From: Cyanidioschyzon merolae
Taxonomy: Eukaryota
DNA: 64,000 nt
Assembly: GCA_000091205.1 (NCBI GenBank)
Contig: AP006499.2
Reading direction: 5' to 3' (one strand)
Below the pieces are notes generated by a model. That model worked only from the letters and a program-made list of their open reading frames with translations. It ran no database searches and was not told the DNA's origin. The position numbers and the translations under genes were made by a program. Each line of letters opens with the position of its first letter. Position 1 is the first letter of the stretch. This document shows positions 21,750-32,350 of the stretch, one piece after another.

Positions 21750-22433
21750 TGGTAATTTACGGCGACGCGTTACACGTGTATCGTATAAAAACGGAACGCT
21801 GAACTGTTTGCTCTGTTCACGGGTTTCATGGGTTTCCGAGCTTCTTCGTAGATATGCGTCCACGACATGCCAAATGCGGGTATAAGGACGTTGGGATTTA
21901 TACGCAGTTTCACGATTCTCGGTCGACGAGTTCGGAGTGGATCCTTTGACGCTTTGCCTCTGGCATTCGTTACGTCAGCAGAGTCAAGGTGATTGGCGGC
22001 GGCATTGAAAAACGGTTCATAAAATAACCGATATCTTTACCCAGTGCATGCGCACAAGCTTCTACTCTCATTCTATCCATGTGTGTTGGATGCACAAATC
22101 ACAGATTCTTCAAGTCTTCGATCGTTCTGTTTCAAGGCAACTCGTGGGCGCAGCAACTCGAGCCGCTGGATTGTCGACGTAAAGTACCCGACGGAGTCAC
22201 TTGACGACTTGTTCACAGGTTCATGCTGAAAGTTCACTGCGCGTCTTACGTCAAATAGCAATCGATTCCGTTCGAAATACAAGTCCTCATCTTTTTCAAC
22301 AATCGACGAAATGACATTCGACACGAACAACGCATTCCCTCTCATGGGGTAAGCTCCAACTGGATCCTGCTTCTTTCGTTTGTAAGAAAAAGGGACTTGA
22401 ACTCGGACTTGAGTCATTGCAGCGATCGCTTTC
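21750..22433 (+). mobile_element. Fanzor/TnpB-like element, copy C. This is an internal-deletion derivative (about 0.7 kb) lying about 400 bp upstream of the Ca-ATPase start.
   Basis: Nucleotide homology to copy B over the 5-prime part (C 21790-22200 vs B 62100-62480). It shares the peptide AQIT.SS..RSFCF.ATRGRS...W with B. It shares the 3-prime tail ...gaactcggacttgagtcattgcagcgatcgctttcc with B and lacks the RuvC region. Confidence 0.5.
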
Positions 22434-23414
22434 CAGAGGAGAGCCCGCGGCACCGCTTGGTACGAAGAGAGCGTCGACGGATCGAGGCGTTCGGCTTGTT
22501 CTCAACCAGGATAGATTTCCTTCCAGGTCTCGTCTCATCATAGAGACCGTTCAGCTCCGCAAATCTTCTATCGATTCGTGTAGCGTGCGCTTGCCTGTGC
22601 CGCATCTCGAGAACGTACCATGGAAATCGCCCAAATGAATCTCTTTTTCGTAGGATACGGCACCGGGTACGGAAACCGTGCAGGGCATCGAGGCGAGCAT
22701 GCTTTACCCGTCAACGGCATGTACCGAGCGACGAATCACGCGTCCACTTGCCACTGGGCGGTGCCCTGACTAGATGTAGTGGCATGGAACGGGCCACACC
22801 CGACCACAATGAAGCGTCACCGCCGCGAAGGGTGCACCTAATATATCTCCAAATGAGATGGAAGTGGCACGCGATGTGAAGATCACAACGTTCGCTCGTG
22901 TCGATGAAATGCGACACCAACAACCGGAAGCGGCGAAACCGCGTCTTGGACGCCCGCATCAACATCCATCGACTGCTGGCGATGGAGCTAGAGCAAGAGA
23001 CTGGCGTATGCAAAGCCGGAGATGAGACAGAGAGAGGAATTCGAAGCAATGGCCGAAAATGCCCGCAAACGTCCGTGTTAATGACATTGCCACGAGGCCG
23101 AAGCTTTAGCATGTACGCCCGTCGCTGACGACCAGTGCCATTTTCGTCGGGAATAGGTGTAGGAGCCAAAACAGAGAACTGAGTTCCCCGCGCACACGCC
23201 CCAACATCCAAATCGTTCCAGAACGGCATTCTGTTCAGAAATCGAGTCTTGATCAGTCTGGCGACCACGGCGATTGCAAGCCTATCACGAACAGCGTTTA
23301 GAGCGAGGTCGGCCTCATCGTGCTGTGGCGGGTTTGGCTCGCAGCCTGCTCAAAAACCAGTGACGAGAAACGATGCAAAGCACGAGCGAAACTGCTTCAA
23401 ACACTCCGCGTTTT

Positions 23415-26400
23415 CTAGTAGGTGTGCGCCCACTCCCATTCTCCCAGCATTCGATGCTGTTTCTCGGCTTCGTTTGAGGCGAGTTTCCGTTGAACGAGCT
23501 TGTGCAACGTCACCAAGTACTCGATATAGCTTGGTGCGTAGCTCATGCGGTCCTCAATAAGCAGTTGCATAAAAGTCTGCTCAGCTGGCGAACGCTGACT
23601 GACCATATCCGGTGACAACAGACCGGGAAACAGAGCATAGAGTCGTTCCATAACTGGCACCGGCAGACCGGCAAGGCCCGCGTACACACCCGGCACGGAC
23701 TGTTGCTGGTCGGGGTTCACGAATTCACCAATCCAGAGCAAGCAATGCCAACCATCGAGCAGCAGCCACGCGCTGTCTGGCCCGAGACGTTCACTCGTGA
23801 GCGCTTGCAGAGGCGGGAGCTTTGCTGCTCCGTCGGGAGCCGCTGCGAGCTGAGCGTCGGTCTCGCTGGTTGCAGCACTTGGCGGAGCGGCTATCGCTCT
23901 GGGGCCTGCGGGCGAGTTCCACGACACCAGCGAAGGACTCGGCACGCCAGTCGCTTCCCGCGACACCACCCCGGTACCAGGTATCGGAGTGCCGACCATT
24001 GGATCCAGGACGGTGCTGTTCAGGGCATCGAACATCAGCGGGTGCATGGCAGCCTGCATCGACAAAAGCGAACTCGCCATGAACTGATGCAAGCGATATG
24101 CACGCTCATCAGGAGCAACCTGCTCCGCGCGAAATGCTGCACTCTTCAGCAGGCCCAGTGTGTAAATAGGTCCCAGTTTCAGAGCTTCTGGTAATATCAG
24201 CTGCCCAGGACTCGATCGTGATGCACAATACCGGCGATACACAAAAAGCATATCCACAAGTTGTTCCGTGAGGTGATCACGCAGCTTCGGTAGCAATCCA
24301 CCAGCCTGAACGCGAGCGGCAGCACTGCGTGCGAGCCACCCCATCAGACACGTCACATCCAGCGTTCGAAAAAGCTGCCCCAGCAGCGTGGTGCACGGAG
24401 CGGCGAGCGTATGCACACGCACGCGACGTGTCCGATCACCGGGATGCGTGAACAGCACCGCCACCTGCACGCACACGCATGGCGATACGGCGCTGTCTGC
24501 CGCAGTCGATGCATGCGCTTCCGCAGCGCTCGCCTCAGCGTCATCGCCAGTGCCAGAACGCTGATGCAGAAGCGGATGCGTAACGATACCCTCGGAGAGA
24601 TCGTGACGGATGGCAACATACAGGTTGGTGCTCGTGCTCATGACCGGTATGTAGATATCGGGTCTGTCGGTACCTGGTGGCCGGAAACTTCCCAGATGCT
24701 CGCCCGTGGTGATGCCCGGCGAGCAGCGTACCCGCAGGACTGCCTCCAGGGCACGCACGGCGCGAATGGCATGGATCAGATCACGCTGGAGGCCTGCTAC
24801 ATCGCGGCCCTGTTGGTAATAGAAGAGCTTGCCTCCGCAGTGCTCGGTGAGCGTTCGTAGTGTAGCGAGATCGAAATACGGGAGCGGACGAGGAGTCGCT
24901 GTACCCGGGAACATGCCCGGGTGGAGGAAGAGATCCAGTGTGATTTGGGCATCTGCGAGACGCTTGCCTAATGCCGCAAAAGCGTCGTTCGCAGGTTGTA
25001 ACAGCCAGCGCTCTCGGTCCATGCTGGATTTCCATTTTTGGTGGCTGCTGCGAGTGTCGAGCTCCAGCCACCGATTCCGAAGGGCCAAGCCTGCACGATG
25101 CGGGCCTAGGGATAACCCACTGGAGATGGCGAGGATTTTACCGCCGCCGATCGACGGGTCCTCGAGCAGCTCCGCTGCAGCAAGCACACCGGCAAAGATA
25201 TGTGAACCGGGGCTCTCCGACTCAGCAGTTGTGTACCAGTCCGTGCGCTGGATATATTCAGCGATGGCTGGCCAGTACTCAAGGTCCGGTGACTGCAAAA
25301 GTTGCGTCGGAGGCACCGGCAAGAATGGTTCCTGTATGTCCGGAAGGATGATTTCCTGGACAGATCCAGAAGGCTGGATCGGAAACAGGTGCAAGCAGCC
25401 AGCGCTCGTGACAATAAGTGCTAGTCGTGCTCGGTGGAGCGCCAGACTCTCCGCGAGCAGCTCGCGGAAGGCTGCGTAGGGCAGCAGGGAACCGAGGCTT
25501 GGTGCGTCCGCGACCAAGACGAAAACTGGTTCACTGGTCCGTCCCTGATGACCATAGACCTCCTCCGGGACGATGTACTCGACGGAGCCGTGACTCAGTT
25601 CTAATCGATTGGCAAAGTCGACAGGCAACTGAGTGACAGGATCAAGTGGTACGAAACGATCGACGTCGACAGCGTTCAGATGATGACATAGGTTACAGAT
25701 AAAAGAACGGCCGCTGTCTACATACCGAATCCCGACGTTGAGATACGCCTGGCAGCGAGAGCATCGCACCGGTCCATGCGGTCTTGTATCGATGACTGGT
25801 GGGGGTTTTTCGTCTGTAGCGTCGGCAAAAGGCGCGACGTAGACTGCGAGCGGAATACCGCTGGAGCGGGCCAAGTCCGGAGTGCGCGGCACGCTCCCTA
25901 CAGTCCAACGCACATAGCGTGGTCGTGCGTTGCCTCGATCAATCTGGAAGGTGTCGACGGCTTCACGAAATGATGGCGATAACGAAGGCGTCTCCGCTTG
26001 CGTTCCTCGACCGTATTCGTGTCTGCATACGAGCACGGGGCGAGAGCGATCGATGTAGTCTCGGTCGATACCGGCGGGTCGTGGAACATCGCTCGGGCTG
26101 AGCTTGGAGGCACCCGACGGTGGACTTGTAGATTGACCTGGTGACGTAAGCGGTTGTTGTCCGCCGTTTGCGGTCCATGGGTCTCTTTGACTTGGGACAG
26201 ATGAAAAAGCACTCGCGTCTGCGCCAGTTGTCATCCAGCCGTGGACGGTTCCAGCTACACCGCTTCGTGATCGCACTTGATACGAGTTGGATCCCATGGC
26301 TTGCGCATTTGCTGCTTGCGGAAACGCCCCAGGGTGTCCAGGATTCCCTGCGACTGGCCACCTCATCGATTGCGCCTGCGGCAGCGAGCTTTGGATGACG

Positions 26401-26789
26401 GCCGCACCGGGATGCTGGCCGCCAGGGACACCTGCTCCGCGGGGGACGGCGGGCTGCGGACCCCAGTCTCCGCCGGCAGGATGTCGCGAGGTCCCCAGAG
26501 CGCTCTGCGCGCCTTGCACTGCAGCTTGCAGTACTTGACTACGCTCTCCCAACACCGGACGAAGGCGGCCAGTTAGCTGCGCATTGGGAGCTGGCGCCGC
26601 AGCACGCCCTGCCGAGAAAGACTCCGCTGGCGCGTAGTGGGCTCCCTGTACCATACCAGGTGTCGGACTCTGAACACCCCGCTGCACACCCATAGTTCCT
26701 GCCGGTTCATTGGACTGAACAGTGTCCGATGCGGGTCCAGCGCCGGGTTCTCGAGGCCTTGGCCAAGGCGGCCCGGGCGGAGCGTGCAT
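23415..26789 (-). CDS. SEC24: COPII coat subunit Sec24.
   Basis: 1124 aa from the first ATG (the track ORF starts at TTG 26822). N-terminal Pro/Gly/Gln-rich tail. Sec23/24 zinc finger CSRCQAYLNVGIRYVDSGRSFICNLC. Trunk, beta-sandwich, helical and gelsolin regions colinear with Sec24. Confidence 0.85.
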   Translation of the reverse strand: MHAPPGPPWPRPREPGAGPASDTVQSNEPAGTMGVQRGVQSPTPGMVQGAHYAPAESFSAGRAAAPAPNAQLTGRLRPVLGERSQVLQAAVQGAQSALGTSRHPAGGDWGPQPAVPRGAGVPGGQHPGAAVIQSSLPQAQSMRWPVAGNPGHPGAFPQAANAQAMGSNSYQVRSRSGVAGTVHGWMTTGADASAFSSVPSQRDPWTANGGQQPLTSPGQSTSPPSGASKLSPSDVPRPAGIDRDYIDRSRPVLVCRHEYGRGTQAETPSLSPSFREAVDTFQIDRGNARPRYVRWTVGSVPRTPDLARSSGIPLAVYVAPFADATDEKPPPVIDTRPHGPVRCSRCQAYLNVGIRYVDSGRSFICNLCHHLNAVDVDRFVPLDPVTQLPVDFANRLELSHGSVEYIVPEEVYGHQGRTSEPVFVLVADAPSLGSLLPYAAFRELLAESLALHRARLALIVTSAGCLHLFPIQPSGSVQEIILPDIQEPFLPVPPTQLLQSPDLEYWPAIAEYIQRTDWYTTAESESPGSHIFAGVLAAAELLEDPSIGGGKILAISSGLSLGPHRAGLALRNRWLELDTRSSHQKWKSSMDRERWLLQPANDAFAALGKRLADAQITLDLFLHPGMFPGTATPRPLPYFDLATLRTLTEHCGGKLFYYQQGRDVAGLQRDLIHAIRAVRALEAVLRVRCSPGITTGEHLGSFRPPGTDRPDIYIPVMSTSTNLYVAIRHDLSEGIVTHPLLHQRSGTGDDAEASAAEAHASTAADSAVSPCVCVQVAVLFTHPGDRTRRVRVHTLAAPCTTLLGQLFRTLDVTCLMGWLARSAAARVQAGGLLPKLRDHLTEQLVDMLFVYRRYCASRSSPGQLILPEALKLGPIYTLGLLKSAAFRAEQVAPDERAYRLHQFMASSLLSMQAAMHPLMFDALNSTVLDPMVGTPIPGTGVVSREATGVPSPSLVSWNSPAGPRAIAAPPSAATSETDAQLAAAPDGAAKLPPLQALTSERLGPDSAWLLLDGWHCLLWIGEFVNPDQQQSVPGVYAGLAGLPVPVMERLYALFPGLLSPDMVSQRSPAEQTFMQLLIEDRMSYAPSYIEYLVTLHKLVQRKLASNEAEKQHRMLGEWEWAHTY

Positions 26790-27414
26790 CGTTTCCAGCA
26801 GGTTTACACGCAGCGCACCCAAGTGCCGTTACCAAGCAAGTCGCTCCACCACTTTGCGAATGGGCACTTTGACTAGGAGGCGTGCCTCTCGCACAAAGGA
26901 TGTGCTTCGGAACCAGTTTTTGGCTCGTTTGCAAGCGGGTAGCACCCGAAACTAGAGCGCGTGCACAACAATGCGTTGTCGACCAGGCGAGGGTTCATCG
27001 TTCGGCAAGCGGCCTCTGCTGCAGCGCAGGGTGCCCCAATGGTGGTCAAAATGCGAAACTCTGCTTGCATGCAGAATTGGCGCGAATGGATACGCCTTTG
27101 ATCGAACGGGCGTCGTTTCGCGAAGCACCTCCGGGGGGATATTCGGTGCGGGTCTGGTGCGGGTGCGTCTGTATGAGCGTACATCGTCTCTTGCACTGAA
27201 CACGCGGCGACTTGCTCTGGGATAGCCTCTGAGGTCAGCGGAGCGGGTGACTGGCAGCACCTTTCCTTCCAGGGGCTGTGCTGGAACGCGCTTAGACTGG
27301 CTGTGGGGCACCGTTTCAGGTCCCTGGGTTGCGTGGCTGGCGGCACCGTGCACGGCGGACTCGCGCGGGGTATAGCGGCTTCGCGAGTAGTTCTCGATAG
27401 GGAGCGGCTCTCTT

Positions 27415-28041
27415 ATGGCCGAGCTTTTGGGAGAGCGGGCCGGTACTCGCGGGCCCACGCTTGCGGAACTGGAGTTTTTCGCAGAGGACTCCTTGGTGAC
27501 CGTGATCCCACGGGTAAACTTGTCTCGGATCGAGCTCATCGCTGGCGACTTTGGACCTTTCACCGTCAACGAGGCGTGTGCAGTACCATTGTGGCTCGCT
27601 GTGTGCTTGAAACGAGCGGGCTATTGTTCTATCGTGCCTCCGTCGTGGTTACGGCTGAAAGCGCTCACGGCCGCGCGCGAGGAAGAAGAGCAATCCCCGG
27701 AGCTGAGCGCGAGCCTACCTTTTCATTATCAACAGATAGCGTCCTTGTTACTGACCCATGCCGCTGCTGATATTCCTCAGGCTTGTCACATTCATGAGGT
27801 GTTGGAGGATATCGTGACGGTGCGTCAGGGAAAGATCCGAGCGCTTCTCCAACGAATAGTCAGCGAGCACGAGGCCACCCGGCCAGCGCGTCTCGGGTAC
27901 CTCGGATCCATTGAGTTATTTCGCTTCAGACCAGCTCTTGTGCATAGCCTGCGTACACAGAGCTCCTTACACTCTGAGAGCGCAGCGGATCACCACTGGC
28001 CGGAGGATCGCGATTTCAGCTCCATGACCGGATCGCTTTAG
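27415..28041 (+). CDS. PSF2: GINS complex subunit Psf2 (GINS2).
   Basis: 208 aa. LAELEFFAEDSLVTVIPRVNLSRIELIAGDFGPF...VPLWLA..LK.......PP.W aligns with human GINS2 along its full length. Confidence 0.8.
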   Translation: MAELLGERAGTRGPTLAELEFFAEDSLVTVIPRVNLSRIELIAGDFGPFTVNEACAVPLWLAVCLKRAGYCSIVPPSWLRLKALTAAREEEEQSPELSASLPFHYQQIASLLLTHAAADIPQACHIHEVLEDIVTVRQGKIRALLQRIVSEHEATRPARLGYLGSIELFRFRPALVHSLRTQSSLHSESAADHHWPEDRDFSSMTGSL

Positions 28042-28397
28042 GGGTACCGTGGTGTTTGTTTCCCAGCAACCTGCGTGAGTCGAGCCCAGTAGGTGCGATT
28101 CCACTCTCCGGCGAGACCGGCAGCGTCGATACTGTCATGGCTTGCCGCCTTGTCTCTCACGCATGCCTGTAAAGTGCTCGGCAGAAACACCGTTGATTTC
28201 GTCGTCTCTGAATCGAACAATGCTGAGCTTTCCAGCGTTTCTCTAGGGTGCGCTCCAGCGATGCAGCGAGGGGAACCTTTCGCCCTAAAGCCGCCCAGAG
28301 GCCGGTGAGTGTGTGCATTTAGACCCTGCTGATGGAACCGTTATCTTCTCTATACAGCTATTCGAGAACTAGGACGCTCCAGTGCATTGCCTGGAGT

Positions 28398-28415
28398 GAC
28401 ACACACACACACACA
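28398..28415. repeat. (AC)9 dinucleotide microsatellite.
   Basis: acacacacacacacacac. Confidence 0.9.
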
Positions 28416-29339
28416 CGGAGTATTCAGAGCGTTCCGAGGGACCTCAGCGACAAAGGGCGCTCTCTGGACAGCGGGCACCACAGTCTCTTCGCTGTGCTAC
28501 TGCGGACGATGCTGAAGAGCTCATTGCGCAAACTGCTCACGTGACGATCACCTTGAGTTTTCGCTCCAGCTGATGAAATACGCACACGCGGGTTCGAACG
28601 TATTTCGCGGTGTACCTGGTCAGCATCGGTAGCGTGTCCTGAAAGCTGTTAGAATGGTGAGTCACTGCTTCTGCTGCATGCTTATTTTTCAAAGATATTC
28701 CAACTATATGATGGTTAGAGGTCTGGCTGCTATGCCCAGCGTCACTGTTTACGTCCATTTCTCGAAAAAATGGGGTGTCGCCGACTCCGAGACGCGGACC
28801 CAGGTAGAGACGCTTCCAAAGCGAGATCATGGGCGCTCTCCCACAGACCTTCTCTGTGAAAGTGCACCCACTGCCGGGATCGAATTCGCCGGCAGAGACC
28901 AAGTGCGAGCTCCCGGTACCTAGATTGCAAGCGTCGGACCATAGAATATTTATGGTCTAAATAGTCCTGAACCGTATGATGGGACAGCAGCAGCTCGATT
29001 TCCTCTCTCCAGATTGCTGATGAGTGGTCCCAGCGCCAGCCGCTGGAAACCTGACGGTGACCAAACTTGACCTGGAATCTTGCGCAGTGCACTGCATCCC
29101 CTGTTCATGCTGCAGCGTGGACGCTGCGTCAAACCCTTGCATAGAGCTTGACTTGCGGTCCGGAACGCATTCGCCACGATCCTGCGTATCGGTTCAGTGC
29201 AGATGGTACGTGCTCAAACGCTCCATTTATATAAAGTACTATCGAATCATGGAGCTCTACTATCGATCTTTACTTGCATAGGGGGCCGTTCTCAGCACGG
29301 TCACATTCGGCGCTCCAGACTGCCTGCATTGCGGACCGT

Positions 29340-31300
29340 CCCTCAGCAGTGCCTTGCGCTTGCCGAGCATCCAGGTCTTTCGCTCGTCGCCAGTGATTTT
29401 TTCGTGGCAAGGCTTCAACGTTTCAAGTCAACGCCTGAGCAGAGTACTTTGTGATTCCGTTGGATGTTCGCTGGACACAGAGCCCATAGATGCTCCTGAA
29501 GCACGGAGCGTTTGCGGATGTTGATGGCGGTGTTCAAGTCTCCGTGCAGAATATGCGTTCTCGCGTGGTGACTGCTAGACGCATACCATAACATGCTTCT
29601 AATTTTCGATTGTAACGCCATCTGCCGCTAGCTGAGCCTCCCAACAGCAAACTTGTGCATCCCGTGATGTTTCACACTTTGGTTTCCTTTCTACAACAGG
29701 AAGCACCTGTGCTCCCAACGCATGAATGCCGCCCAGAATGCATCCATGGGGATCGTACGGAATCGATTCCTGCACTCGTTGGGTGCTCTCGTCGATGAAG
29801 CGGCAGTGCAGCGCTCGTGCCCTACAACACGTCCAGCGCTACAGCCTATCGCCAAACAGCACGACTTGTGCGTCATTTCCTGTTCCGATTCTTCGGTAAC
29901 GTTTCCGCATGCCCGCTTGTTGCTGCTGCCGCCATGGTACCGATCCCTTTCGCGATCCTAGAGCGCTCACGTATACTCCTGACAGAGAACGTACGCGTGA
30001 GCTGTTTGGATGTAGATGCACGTCCTGATTGGAGTGTACAGGGTATCTCGACCGTGTCGATAAAGCGTTCAGGGAGTCTAGAGCGATCCTGGCGCTTCAT
30101 GACACGCGCTGGAATGGCTCCTGGTGGACATCATACCGAACCGCCAATGATACCGAGCCTGGAAAAATTGAACAGATCAGTCTGCTTTCTTTCTGAAGTG
30201 TTCGCCCTCGTCCTCTATGTTCAGAGGCAAGGCGACGGCCATGATGCCCTTCAAAACGGGATCCACGCGCACCATGAAGAGTCTCTCTTCATCTACCTTG
30301 ATCAATTCCAAATGAGTATCTTTGCTAGACTCAGATCTTGGTTTCACAACATACATGCAGTGTGAAATGCTGTCAATCTCCATAGACCAGTGAGCGTCGT
30401 TCCATCTATTTCCTGTAAACGAGAAGCCTTGAACGAGCTCCGCCAATACAGTTTGCAGCGTAGCTCGATCATTTCATACTGTCTCGCAGAGAGCAGCCTT
30501 TTCTTCGCTTTCTATCCTACTCGGCCAGGTGGCGTGAGCGCAATAACCTAACACAATATCCATTTCTTTCTCGGGATTCAGACACAATAAGTGGACGATG
30601 CGGCCTGACCTCGCCTTTTCAATGTCTGCATGTATCTATTCTTGCTTAAGAACATTTTCGCCACCGTCGTGAGCACACAATCGGACCGAAACGCGCATTT
30701 CCTCTCCCGTCCGCGCACGCCTTCAAACCCTGCAAAGCAGATCAGAGCTGGTGAAGATCGAGAGCAAATTTTCAAAGAATGGAATTACGAATGCGAATGA
30801 CTCGTCTATGAATCCGTGAGCGCCTAAAAGGTGCTCCGCAACTGGGAAGCCGCCTTCGATTGGATTGAACTAGGGAGAAGAGGTTGAAATGAAGGGCGAC
30901 GCATCGCCAACCTCAGCCGCATACTCCTTGATCGCATTTGATTGATCGGAAGCGATGTTGTCTACGAGCAGAACAGCAGAATGTGCGAAGCAGAAGGTGT
31001 CATGAAAAATGCGTCGACAAAGGATGCGCTATCGAACAATGCTGCCCGTTGATATGCGAAGCAGAAGGTGTCATGAAAGATGCGTCGACAAAGGATGCGC
31101 CATCGAACAATGCTGCCCGTTGATATACGAAGCAGAAGGTGTCATGAAAAATGCGTCGACAAAGGATGCGCTATCGAACTATCCTGCCCGTTGATATACG
31201 AAGCAGAAGGTGTCATGAAAGATGCGTCGACAAAGGATGCGCTATCGAACTATCCTGCCCGTTGATCTACGAGGGAGAAGCATGTTGTGCGCTGCTGCAA
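29340..31300 (-). mobile_element. Fanzor/TnpB-like element, copy D (about 2 kb, minus strand). It is decayed, and its N-terminal region contains the 71-bp tandem array.
   Basis: Minus-strand ORF fragments in different frames each align to copy A. These are RuvC-I VRVDPVLKGIMAVALP (30177..30446), FIDTVEI...LQSGR (29873..30100), the RuvC-II/ZF region LAIGCSAGRVVGHERCTAASSTRAPNEC (29691..29876), and SSSHHARTHILHGDLNTAINIRKRSVLQEH for ZF remnant plus RuvC-III (29415..29621). The 3-prime tail is homologous to copy A. Confidence 0.55.
30985..31268. repeat. Tandem array of 4 copies of a 71-bp unit (gcgaagcagaaggtgtcatgaaaaatgcgtcgacaaaggatgcgctatcgaacaatgctgcccgttgatat), with degenerate flanks.
   Basis: Unit starts at 30985, 31056, 31127 and 31198. 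The track ORFs 30938.., 31009.., 31080.. and 31151.. are the same repeat read in frame. Confidence 0.9.
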
Positions 31301-31674
31301 TCGCCTTGCCGTACGGAACAGCGTAACGTAGTGCGGTGCTTCTGCCGTCGGAACAGCGCACTCGGTTGCAGGACACTGGGCACCCCGCGGCACCATCATT
31401 GATTACTCGAAAACAACGAAATTTATGAATTCGTATGCCCACAACAACGGCAGCTTCATTGATTCGTTGTAAGCATATGACATTTACTGACATTTATACC
31501 TACAAGTGCGACATCGACATTGAATGTTTGTCAGTATGCGACATTTATAGAAATTAACTCCCTGACAATTCCAACTGGACATCGATCGCTCCGAGCCAAA
31601 CCGCTTCGCACACGAACGGGTACCAGGCTACGCGCCGTCGTCGAAGGTTAGAGTTCAAGGGTTCTTTCGTTTCA

Positions 31675-32042
31675 ATGGAAGCGTTTCAACCTCTTCGTTC
31701 CATAGAACATATTCCACCTGTGGAACGGAAAGGACCGGAGGAACGCTTCTGGGAAACCTTTGACGAAAAAGCCCGGATCCGCTTAACCGGCGCGGTGCAA
31801 GGAGTGCACTTCTCCCCGCTGGGTTCCAACCAGGTTGCCGTCACGGCCGAGTCGCGAGTAACCATTCTCAAATCGTCTACCGGGGATTTGATCAAGAGCT
31901 TCCCGCGTACGGACACCGTTGCCTATGCTGGCCGCTACCGTACCGACGGTAAGCTTCTCGTTGCCGGGACAGAGAGCGGGCTTGTTCACCTGTACAACGC
32001 ACATAGTCGATCAATACTGCGTACGTTTTCCGGCCATAAGAG
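31675..32042 (+). CDS. UTP15: UTP15 (U3 snoRNP / SSU processome WD40 protein), exon 1.
   Basis: WD40 N-terminus colinear with UTP15 (...YAGRYRTDGKLLVAGTESGLVHLYN...LRTFSGHK). The exon ends ...aag ag|GTAAGT. Confidence 0.8.
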
Positions 32043-32350
32043 GTAAGTTTCTCTCTGGATCTGATTGATCACCTAATGCCGCAGGCCTTGAGGCGACCAC
32101 AGTGATGTGCAACAGGATGAGTGCATCGTTCGCGGTAGACTGCCGAGCTCGGTGCGAATGCGCTCGCACACCATCCATGAGCGAAAGCAAGAGCCCCGTC
32201 TTTTGTCCCTATCTGATCTGCCATCACTCGTTGGTGCACTCTACCTGCGGCGACACGGAGGCGGTCTATAATGAGGAGCAGGCCGTCGTTTGCGTGTCAC
32301 ATGAACATCAACTAACCATCCTGTTGAATGACTTCACGATATCATTGTAG
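32043..32350 (+). other. Spliceosomal intron of UTP15 (308 nt, GT-AG).
   Basis: Donor GTAAGT at 32043, CTAAC branch point at 32311-32315, acceptor ...cattgtAG at 32349-32350. Splicing joins the split codon ag|t (Ser) and keeps the frame, giving ...FSGHKSSVRSVYF.... Confidence 0.75.

Noticed and set aside
28560-28580. gggttcgaac resembling a tRNA T-arm.
   Set aside because: No matching acceptor stem, anticodon arm or downstream TCC/CCA context could be assembled. No tRNA could be supported anywhere by eye.
29817-30365. Plus-strand 182-aa ORF MPYNTSSATAYRQ....
   Set aside because: It lies antisense to the Fanzor-like copy D fragments, which have clear homology on the minus strand, and has no homology itself.
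30938-31402. Four overlapping 61-83-aa ORFs with near-identical sequences (MRRQRMRYRTMLPVD...CHERCVDKGCAIEQCC...).
   Set aside because: They are the 71-bp tandem repeat read in frame. The unit length is not a multiple of 3, so successive copies change frame. This is not a repeat-protein gene.
32102-32350. ORF of 82 aa between the two UTP15 ORFs.
   Set aside because: It lies entirely inside the GT-AG intron of UTP15.
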